Shown piece after piece: positions 54,127 through 64,000 of a DNA stretch of 64,000 bases. Source of the DNA: Cycas panzhihuaensis (Eukaryota; Plantae; Cycadophyta); the NCBI GenBank assembly GCA_023213395.1, contig CM041465.1:193819741-193883740 (forward strand). Reading direction: 5' to 3'. Below the pieces are notes generated by a model that searched no databases, had not been told where the DNA came from, and was given only the letters and a program-made list of their open reading frames with translations. The position numbers and the translations under genes were made by a program. Numbering within the stretch: the first letter of the stretch is position 1; the number at the start of each line of letters is the position of its first letter.

Positions 54127-54615
54127 TGAAGCTCTTCTTTTCTCTCCAATTCAAAAGTTTACATTAAAAGGGGATGTTAGATTATATAATGTAAACTTTA
54201 TGTTTTATTATGTTTCTTAAGGTTATTATTTAGTCACATGTCTTAAAAATTATTTAAGTGATTGTAATGTTATAAACTTATATTTAATATTAATTGATTT
54301 GTGGATGGTCATTGAAATACAGAACCACATTCCAACGAACCTCTGTCCTATTTATTAATCTTCTAGATTCATGGAATTAGTTCCAGGAATCTAGGAGGTC
54401 TGTCCATATGCCTGAAACAAGGCTATTTTAGGGGGTTGGTTATTATGTATTTTGGTTTCAGTTATTTATTAATACAAACTAGCTTAGGAGGTGGTTTTTC
54501 TTCCCTAGAAGGGGTTTTCCACCTGTTAAACGTGTGTATATGTGCATTGTCTCTTTCTTGTGTTTCTCTTCTGTTCCTGTGATATTTTGACTGTGTACAT
54601 GTGCCTATTCTATCA

Positions 54616-55597
54616 TGGAGAAAAGTAGCCATTAGCTACACAATAATCATCTCAAGGTCTCTTTCAGTTGTTATGGAAGTACACCTTTGATCCTTACTAT
54701 GCTTTGCTAGATAAATCCTCAAATGCTAGTAAATCTAACAAAATTTTGATAGCATCTCCCCAGCAATTCCTTCTTACCATTGATCTCCTCCTTCCCTCTA
54801 AAAATTTTAGGGGTTTTATAGAAAAAACAAGGGTGAGAGGCAAGTGGTTTCCTACCCATAATGTAGGGGAAACCACTCTGGAATACCATGGACTAATTGA
54901 GAGGTTTAAGGAGATTGGGTACCTTAAACAATAATAAAACTAGGAAAAGGGGAAGATTTAGGGGTTGTTTCAGCCTCAAAGATAGATATGAGTTTCCAGG
55001 ACTGACAAGGTCTATTAAAGGGGTGATCTGGGTGTGTTAATAGTAGACTAACATTAATTAAAACCAAATCTAGGCACTGTGATAATTATGCCATGAATTA
55101 TTTAGCAGTACTATAAAGATCTTCATGGTACTGTAAGGATCTTAGTGATACGGCAACATACATAAAAGTCAAAGTGTCATGACATTAGAGAAGAAAATTT
55201 TATTGTTTTACCTAATCACAGGCTGGTAAGTCTCAGAAATAAAGGTCTGTGGATACTCATTTATCATTGATAAATGGAAACAAGGTAAAACAAGGCAAAC
55301 CATGCAAAAATAATCAATTGAAATAAAGGAATAGGCTACTTGCAAGTGAGGAGGTATCCATTTTCTGACTTAGTAATGCTAATGGAGAGACATAAGGGCC
55401 ATAGACAATGTCTTACTTATCATCAAATGAAAATAGAGGACATGACCTAATTAAGCAAGCAAAAACATCTAGCATCCATCCACCACATGAACCAAATAGA
55501 TGTAAATGAAGAAAGATAGTAAGATGGGTAGAAATCATACCTGTACTTACCATGCTTAATTGATCATCCAAATCCCATTCCTAAAAGCTAGGAAACA
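54616..55597 (-). repeat. Tat2 3' LTR, proximal part
   Basis: Begins TG next to the PPT. The first ~55 nt match the start of the Tat1 LTR at 7899. Confidence 0.75.
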
Positions 55598-56495
55598 CTG
55601 CCCCCTTAGCAGCAAAACCTCTTCAAATCTGGACCTAGAAGATAGTGAATACTACTAACACAAATGATAAGATATGCTATAATAATAATACAAATCATAA
55701 TACATGTGGATGTCACATGGGACTGTGGCTACCATAGTGATATCTCATTAGTAATAGGGGTGGAGGTGGGTTGTCTTAGGCTAGTCATATAGAGGTCCTA
55801 ATGTGGAGATACATAAGCTAAGAGGAGTGGCTAATCAATTATCACATCCCTCCTGAAGGTCAATGACTACATAATCCTAGTGTGTGCAAGAAAAAAAGGA
55901 GCCATACGCTGGGGGGCTTTGTCCACATGGCATGACAAAGTGGGTATCATGACCTAAAAGAGGGGCTTAGAAGCCTAAATCCCCTTGAATACAAGAAGGT
56001 ATACCTCAAATATTCAAAAGGAAGAAGGGGCCCAATGGGCTTGGAGCTGGTCGACATAGTTTTGCTTCATCAACAACTTACTTTTGGAGGTAGATCTTTT
56101 TTTTTTTAGATTTTTTATATTTTATAATTTTTTTAGGTTTTGCTTTCCATATATATATATATAATTTTTCCATTTTATATTTTTTTTAGATTTTGATTAT
56201 TTTATAATAATAATAAATTATTTTATTTTATTTTTGATAATAAAGGCTTGCATGAAAAGTAAATGACAATCCAAGAAAATGTAATATGTATAAATGCATA
56301 TATTAGTTTATCCTTGTTTCGAAGTTATGCAGCAGTTTAGGCTCTTGTTAGAGTGAAAGAGGAAGCTTTAGTGGCATGACCTAGCTTCCACAAAGGGCTA
56401 TTATAAGCCTGGGGTCGCCACCATAGTTTTACCTCATTAATGGGTGCCCCTTGGAGGTGAGGCCAGGGGATGCTTGCCCCATAAGTGAAATAGCC

Positions 56496-56939
56496 TCAAA
56501 AGTTAACTTGATGGGCCAAGGGAGGGTCATCTACTAATAGAAGGTTATGCTCAAGGATGAAGTTAACCAACCTATCAATCTTAGTGTTACGTCCATGGGG
56601 AATGTGATTGATGTTGATGGAAGACAACTGGGCTAGAAGGGATTTAGTAATCATGGCTAACAGTCTTAGTTAAGGGTAAACAAAGCGGTAGACCTGGGTA
56701 AGCTGGGAAACAACAATCTGGGAATCATAATCTAAAATGATAGAGCCGTGATGAAAGCATAGTGCATCAATCAAAGCCTTAATGACAATGATGTATTTGG
56801 CTTTATTATTAGTGGCTTCGCATAGATAGATCCTAGATCAAATAAAAGTATGTATAGAGGGATCTTGAATGACCCAAGTAGCAACAGAAGGCCCCAAATT
56901 CCCATGGCTATCCCCATTGGTATGAATGATTAATTCCAT
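56496..56939 (-). pseudogene. Stand-alone archaeal-type ribonuclease HI (aRH, RVT_3-like) ORF of Tat2
   Basis: One frame, two internal stops: MELIIHTNGDSHGNLGPSVATWVIQDP...YLCEATNNKAKYIIVIKALIDAL...ILDYDSQIVVSQL...YP*LRLL...INHIPHGRNTKIDRLVNFIL. This matches TDGASRGNPGP / TNN.AEY / DSQLVV.Q / HIPR..N..AD.LAN. Confidence 0.92.
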
Positions 56940-58312
56940 AGGGATATGCAATGATAACTCAAGATAAAATCACTTAATAATGGGAAGGTGTGGGAATTAA
57001 CAATCATTAACAAGAAATAAGGTGAGCACACAAATCTGATTGGAATGGTGGAACAACCAGTCTTCGGGAATAGCTAATAACAAAACCAAAGAAAACTCCT
57101 CCAAAATCCATAAAGAGCAATAAGCCATGCTAAGTAGGGTTCAATCACAATTGAGACCATAGTGGGTCCAAGTACCTAGATCTAAACATCCCAAAATAGT
57201 CCACACAACTAGACTCCAACTACATATCATAGGCAGGGATGAGGTTGTCATGTGGCCTACCCTAGGAACCAAATAGGTGGTGATAAATATCACCTACTCG
57301 AAGCATACCCATATATATACATCATTATATATATATATATTTAATTATTATTATTATTCTTATTATTATTATTATTATTTGCATCCTTTTGGACTTCTTT
57401 TCTCTTTTCTTTTTCTTCTTTTTGGATAGCTTCTAGAGGGGATATATAAATAAAGGCTCAAGTGGTGTGAGGTAGGTGCGGCAGTAGGCTGGACCATGAA
57501 GGAACTAAGAACAGTGTCATCATAACAACTTTTAATAGAGCAGGTGCCACATCATGAGATTCAACTGAAGGGGTCAAATCACAAGATAAAAAAGACAAGT
57601 CATGTGATGGTCTCGAGCATCATGAGTGGGGCATGCATGGAGTAAGGTCCTCTGGTAGGTGATCGATGAGGATCTAGGTGGCTATTACTACCAAGGACAT
57701 GTGGGAAACAATCTAGGTAACTGAGCTCAAATCGTAAATAATCTTGATGAAACTCTAATGGCACCTCAACATGTAAGAAAACACATAGGGTATAGAGGCT
57801 ATCATGAAATAGAAAGCAAGTAGCAAGCTATAAAGGTGCTGAAGATTTTATGGTAAAAGAGAAGGAGTAACCTGAAAGAACCTAGGGGTGATAACATGGT
57901 CTAAGTGATCAATAAGGCTATCGAGATATTGAGTATGGCAACACAAGATAATTATAATACGGGTTAGAAAGAATGAGATATGAGGGTCAAATGATATTTG
58001 ACACACATGGGGCTTACATAAGTAATAAATCAAAGATCAGGGTGAAAAATGGATCCCATGGACTATAAACACCTATAGGGGATTAAGTAGGTACCCTAAG
58101 GGGAAAAAGGCTTGCCCAGGAGAAAGAAAAAGTGCATTACCAATGGACAAGAAAATATAACAACAAAAAGAGGACTGGGCATAAGAAGGATCTTTGGCCA
58201 AGCAAAGAAGTGGAAAGAAAGTGTCTAAAGCAAATGAAAATAATGAATCACCAAATAAAGAGATTAACATTAAAAAAAGGGGTGCTAGGTTAGAGGAGAG
58301 AAGGGGTCCTTT

Positions 58313-58320
58313 TATAAATA
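58313..58320 (+). promoter_or_regulatory. Candidate TATA box of the antisense PMD gene
   Basis: tataaata lies ~160 nt upstream of an AG|GTAAGA donor (58478) that could pair with the ttttttatag acceptor at 58920. Confidence 0.35.
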
Positions 58321-58920
58321 ATGTGTTTTCTTAAGGAACACCATTTCATTTTCATGATCACCTTTTAAAAATAAGAGAGAGACCCTCTGTGTCCTACTAG
58401 TTCCTCCACCTTTGCACATCTATTACAGGAGATCTAGCCATTAGATCGACGAGCGAGAGAATCCATAGAGACCATAGGTAAGAGATAGCCTTAGTGCGCC
58501 TAGACCCAGTAAGTAGATTTGATTATTTTGAGTTATTTTGCCTACTTTTTTTATAATGTGAATTTTAGTAGCTGGGTTGTGTCCATTAGGATAGATAGGA
58601 GCTAAATAGGGCCTATTTTGTATTGGGCCAGGGCATCTAATAAATTAAAAAATTTTAATTTTTTTGATATTTATAGGGGGCTTGCCTGGTACCAGAGTAA
58701 TTTTGATAGTATCACAAAATTGTAGTGGTACTGTAGGGGTATACAATGAACTTATTCATAGTACCATAGATGTATTTATAGTATTATAAATATATTTATG
58801 GTACAAAGGATAAAAAGATTTTTTTCTTTGGAATATATATATAGTTTTGAATATAATTTATTCTAATATTTATTTGTCAATGCTTTAAGAATGTTAACAG
58901 ATAAAAATAATTTTTTATAG

Positions 58921-60650
58921 GCCGTTATAGCATTTGATAAATTTAAAAACTAGGGGGATGCCTTACTCACCCTATAAGAGAGATGATGAGTGAGAGGGAT
59001 TGAGAGATTCTACATAGGTATAACTTATTATAAGCCATATCTTCATGACAATACACATTAGATTAGGCCCTCCTAGTCAACATTGTATCTTATTAGGATC
59101 AGAGGAGATAGGTATTCCACTTGCCTCAAGTAGGGGACATCATGATCACACTACGGGATGTCTAATGGATATTATGAGTGCCCATGAGAGGATATCCCCT
59201 AGATTTAGGGGCCCTACCTAGCACGAAAGAGGTCCACTAGGTAGTAACTCACTTTTTTATAGGCAAGGACACTGGGATAGGTACAACAGATTGATGCACT
59301 AAATTTTTACCTTACAAATCCCTCATTGGAGGAAGTTGATTACATTTATAATTCTATTTTAGATATCTTAGAGACACAATTATTGAGAGGTACCTAAAGG
59401 CTGGATGAATGCCATTAGGAGGTGTGAGGTTGGAGAGAGATTGGATTGGGTAGTGATGGTGGTTGCCAACATGAGGGGATGGCTTGACCATATCCAGGCA
59501 GTTAGAAGAGGAGGATTTTCCTACTTCTCCATCCTATAGTGCTAGTTTTTTTATCACTTCTAAGGGGTGGGGCCTATAGTAGGATCATAACCAGTAGGGT
59601 CTCAGGCACGACTACTAAATTGATGGCCCTCATAATTTCATATCCTGGGAGAGCCCGAGTAGGTTCAATTGTAGATGATACTTCCTTAGACCTTTTGGTA
59701 CTAATATACTATATTCGATATCCATACAAGGGTGTCCATTAGGATAGCGATATAGAGGGTGATGAGGATATAGTAGGGGACGCTATAGAGGTAGGAGATG
59801 AGAGCAGAGGTGAGGAGGAGACTACTAATAATGATGAGAGGGAGGGTGATGATGATGATAAGGAGGATGATGCCAAGGATGAGGGAGGCGATGAGGAGGC
59901 CACAACCATACCAAAAGAGGCTCTGGATATACCAGAGGAGGCTCAGGCTATATTAGAGGAGGCTCTAACATGAGGTATCATGTTTTATATTGATATATTT
60001 TTATCAGTCCTTGTTGAGTTATTTTACTTATACATATATATGAGCTTACTAACACATGGACTTTGCTATTTGCAAGGGCTGAGATTACAATAGAGGTGGT
60101 GGTTGACCTCTTTCTAGTAGTATATGGAGAGGGCCAATCTCCCATTATGGATAGTGGGGAGGTTATGTTAGCCCGACCTTATATAGTAGCATTTGGCCCT
60201 CTACTATATGTGAGGGAGATATGGGCAGTTGAGACTCACAATCTTGGTTAGGCTAGAGCCAAGTGAGACTAATTGTAGGCCTAAGTCTAGGAACTAAAGG
60301 CACAAGGAGTGGCAGCGACACCACGAGTAGAAATAACACCACTAGGGACAACCCTAGATATAGACATGTGAGTTGCCACTTTGGAGGCATGACTCATAGA
60401 GATCTAGGAGGATTAGGACCATCTTAGGTCAAGGTATGATCAACTTGTAGACTAAATGGTAGCACAATCCTCAAGGACATACATGACCATGCCATCATGT
60501 GGATGACCTAGAGACAAGGGTTGCTTCAAGATGAGGGGAACAAGGCTAGGCTGACACAATAACTGAGGATAAGCATGGGGGGTATATGGACCATGCCAAA
60601 GGAGAGGAGGGAAGGACCACAAGATGACACTCCATGAGGGCATGGCTAGA
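58921..60650 (+). pseudogene. Antisense Plant Mobile Domain (PMD, MAIN-like) gene of Tat2 with acidic linker, intron 59975-60075 and last exon
   Basis: D*ALLVNIVSY*DQRR*VFHLPQVGDIMITLRDV*WIL*VPMRG (59061-59192) fits the PMD motif AL..RW....TFHLP.GE.TITL.DV..IL.LP..G. DWVVMVVANMRGWL...GGFSYFSIL*C*FFYHF fits the second PMD block. A D/E-rich stretch lies at 59745-59970. Confidence 0.85.
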
Positions 60651-61378
60651 TATATATGTATGTATATATATACTACTTTTTATATAGTAAAGGAGAGTTG
60701 GGCCTCTAGGGGCATAGAGATTATATACATGATTGTACCCCCTAATAAGGATTCCAGCCTCCTCTTAGGATGATACATCCCCATCCACCATGTACTCAAC
60801 ACTTTTGGATATACATAAATATTCATGGGGGCTAATTGGCACACCATCATTTACTTTGTAGCTTTTGTATATTTGTTCTGTGGATGTATCTTTATGTGTA
60901 TGTGATATCACTCCCGCATGTTTATGTCCTTTGCTTATGTATATTTATTTTATCATAATCTCATGTGTATGGAATTGTAGCTTACACATCCAACACACAC
61001 CCACATTCCATATGAAATGGTATCACATGATTGGAGATCTAGTTTACACTCATGGTAGAGTCTCATGCCTTCTCATTATAGGATTGTCATCATCATCATG
61101 TCAAAAGGGTTAAAAGAAAACTAAAATGAGGTGTTGTACATTAGCATAACCCTCAAGATAGGGTGATCTTGGCTCACTTTAGAGCCATGGAGAGGTAATT
61201 GTCACCATACCCCTCATTCTAAGAATGGGAGAAAGCCCATCCTTAGGAGGAGGGATAGCTTAGGCTTATTTCAGAACAGGTTGGTAGTTTAGGCTTGTAC
61301 CAGAGCAAAGTGGCAATTTAGGCTTATACCAGAGCAAAGTTGTCATAGTTGCCTCCCTTACTTTAGAGGGCTAAGAGG

Positions 61379-64000
61379 TTAGCTATAAAATATTTTAAGA
61401 AATTGACTGTTGACAACCTTCTCAAACTTGAGGCCTTCTAAAGTAGTGATATGATATACACCATTATTCAACATATTGATGACAACAAAGGGGCCCACTT
61501 ATTTGGGGCTAAATTTCAAGAGGCAATTGTATAGATATTCGAGTTTAAGGACCTAGCCCAATAAAACTAAAGGACATAGTCGAAGGCAATTATCATGGGT
61601 CTTTTGGGTTTTAGCCTTAGATGCAAGGTTACGTTGATATGTGATGAGGTGTTTTTTATCAAGCACTTCTAGATTAAGAAGATGGGCCTAACGTCACCAC
61701 TCTTTGTCAACAAAATATTTAAGAGACATCCTTAAAGAAGGGATTTCAATTTCTAAGGGAAGGACTACCTCTATCCCATAGACCAAAGAAAAGGGAGTCA
61801 TGTCCATGGTAGTTCTAATTGATGTATGATAAGCCTAGAGACCAGGGTGAAGCTATAAATGATAATCCTTTTGGGATTGACTGACAGTTTTCTTAAGGAT
61901 ATTGGTCAATGTCTTATTAAATACCTTAACCTAACTATTGGCTTCAAGATAATATGGAAATGAAGCTTTATGAGAGATTTTAAACTTCTCATGAAGCTCG
62001 TCCATTTATTTATTATAAAAAAGAATCCTATTATCTGTAATGAGAATATTGGGGACTCTAAAATAAAAAATAATATTTTGAAAGATAAATGTGATGATCA
62101 TCTTGCTTGTCATTGAAGATAAAAAGACCACCTCAGCCCATTTAGTAAAATATTATATTACCATCAGAATAAACTTATATTAGGCCAAAGACAAAGGAGT
62201 TATAGCCCCTATAAGGTCTAACCCCCATTGAGAAAATGGCCATGGTGACATAATAGTATGCAACACCTCAGATGGTTGTGAATCATGTTGATATGTTCTT
62301 GGCATTTAAAGCAATGTATGTCATAGTTATGGGTGTCTTTAAATAATGTTGGCTAGTAATAACCCTAGTGTAATATTCTCTGGGCTATAGATTAACCCCC
62401 AAAGTGTCCCTCACAGATGTTATCATGACACTTATGGAGAATCTGATTAGCATCACTTGAAGTAATACATCATAGAAGGGCACCATCAAAGGAATGCATA
62501 TACAATGTGTCTTTGATGATAAAGTATTGATGGGATAAGGCCTTGATGTGGAATTTAACCTTGTCAAAAGTTTCAATAGGGTATTTCTATTGTGCCAAAT
62601 AGTTGATGATACCATACCATTTATCATTGGCTAGGGGATGGGGATCAACCTCTTGAAGGGCTAAAACTGACTTATCTAAGAGAGAGTCATTGATAGGGGT
62701 CTTAGTTGGGTTGCAAATTAAATAAAGTATATCTTAACTACTTAACCACTATCTTACCTTTCTTAGACTTATGGTTGACAACCTTAAGATCATATTCTTG
62801 TAGGAGAAGGGTCCATTTTCCCATTCTTCTAGTTAAGTCGATCACGTCATAAGATAACGTAACAAGTCTGACTGGACAACAACATACATTATATTTCCAA
62901 GGAGATAATAGCAGAACTTGTTAATGATAAACACTAAGACTAAGCATTCTTTTTTAGCTAGAGGGTAGTTTAGCATCATCTTCTTGGGTCAGCATAACAC
63001 CTATATATTCATCAATTATAGAGGTATAAAGGATAAATGGGTGATCAAACAGGGGAGGTGCTAATACAAGAGCCATAATAAGAGCCTATTTGAGTAGGTG
63101 GAAGGCCACTTAGTCCTTAGGTGTTCACATGAAAGGGGTTCCTTTCTTGAGTAAATTGGTTAGTAATTTAGTGTTGATGGTAAAATCTACTAGAAATCAT
63201 CATAAAAATCTAAGGCATCCTAGGAAGGACTTAATTTACTACTGGGTTTAGGTGGGGCCATCTCAACCATAGCCTTAAGTTGGTTGGGGTAAACTTTAAT
63301 CCCTTTATGAGATATGAGGAACCCTAATAATTTACTAGTAGTGATAGCAAAAATACACTTAAGAGGATTTAAACTAACATGATATTTATGATAATGTGTG
63401 AATATCTTCCTCAAATCTACTGGGTGATTGCTCTGTTTGTGAGATAAGGCCATGAGATCATCCATAAAGACCTCTAGAATATTATTGATGAGGCTATAGA
63501 AGATAAACTGCATAGATCTTTGGTATGTCACTCCAATATTTTTCAAGCCAAAGGTTATAGATTTGTAGGTAAATGCCCCCCATAGGATGGTGAAAGTGGT
63601 CTTGTGGTAATCCTCTAGAGAAATTTGAATCTGGTTGTACCTAGAGAAACTATCCATCAAGGACATTACCTCGAATCTAGTAGTGCAATCAATAATTCGA
63701 TTGATAAAAGGTAACAAAAATTTATCATTGGGACAAGCATTGTTGATATCTCAAAAATCAACATAGATTCTTATCGTTCCATTTTTCTTCATGACTGAGA
63801 CGATGCTAGATACACACTTTGGGTGATCTATGGAGGTGATGAGACCAGTTGCATGCAACTTCTCGACTTCCATTTTCATAGAAACTAAGAGCTTAGGGTG
63901 TAATAGATGCTGCTTTTGCCTAATTGGGTGGGCACCGAGTATGGTGGTAAGGTTATGCATGATGATGGAGGGATCAATGCCCTTCATGTCTGAATAATCC
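61379..64000 (-). pseudogene. pol: Tat2 pol (RT, degenerate native RH, integrase)
   Basis: MKGIDPSII...EVEKLHATG...YNQIQI...FMDD; PFILYTSIIDEYIG; YY*PTLFKD; VGPFVV...NSQFLKIFYS*. Confidence 0.93.

Larger units (their letters stand above)
46731..54615 (+). mobile_element. Full-length Copia, probably the youngest element in the window, with a 2.7-kb 5' leader
   Basis: 441-bp LTRs at 46731-47171 and 54175-54615 (25 differences by hand count, ~94% identity). Perfect TSD tggag. PBS tggtatcagagc at 47172-47183. PPT aaaagggga at 54166-54174. Confidence 0.97.
45058..64000 (-). mobile_element. Tat-clade Gypsy retrotransposon Tat2 (5' part lies beyond the window)
   Basis: RT at 63220-64000, RH at ~62740-63050, INT to the stop at 61379, then a ~5.8-kb 3' region. 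PPT aagggggca (revcomp of 55599-55607). 3' LTR at 55597->45058, interrupted by a Copia. Confidence 0.9.

Overview
This is AT-rich, CpG-depleted plant heterochromatin made almost entirely of decayed, nested LTR retrotransposons. I found no intact host gene and no RNA gene. From left to right it contains: (1) a Tat-like LTR/gag remnant (1-2400) and an old LTR with PBS (2407-2933). (2) Two related pol-less, gag-only Copia elements (3608-7794 and 29119-33204). (3) A Tat/Ogre-clade Gypsy element, Tat1 (7899-~25960, 3.2-kb LTR), split inside its RT by a CRM-like chromovirus that lacks integrase (15813-21828). (4) Two internally deleted Copia elements (36294-39071 and 41501-42783). (5) An old Copia (~40500-45057) into which a second Tat element, Tat2 (45058->64000, minus strand), inserted. 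(6) A younger full-length Copia (46731-54615) inside the 3' LTR of Tat2. Two results stand out. First, Tat2 carries, downstream of integrase, a head-to-head accessory cassette: a stand-alone archaeal-type RNase HI ORF with its own ATG (56496-56939) and an intron-containing antisense Plant Mobile Domain gene whose last intron is conserved in Tat1. The native RNase H of both Tat elements lacks its first catalytic Asp. Second, the young Copia carries antisense host-gene fragments in its 5' leader, where an eEF2 piece is joined to a HIPP C-terminus. All translations and alignments were done by eye. A non-flowering vascular plant source is a guess.
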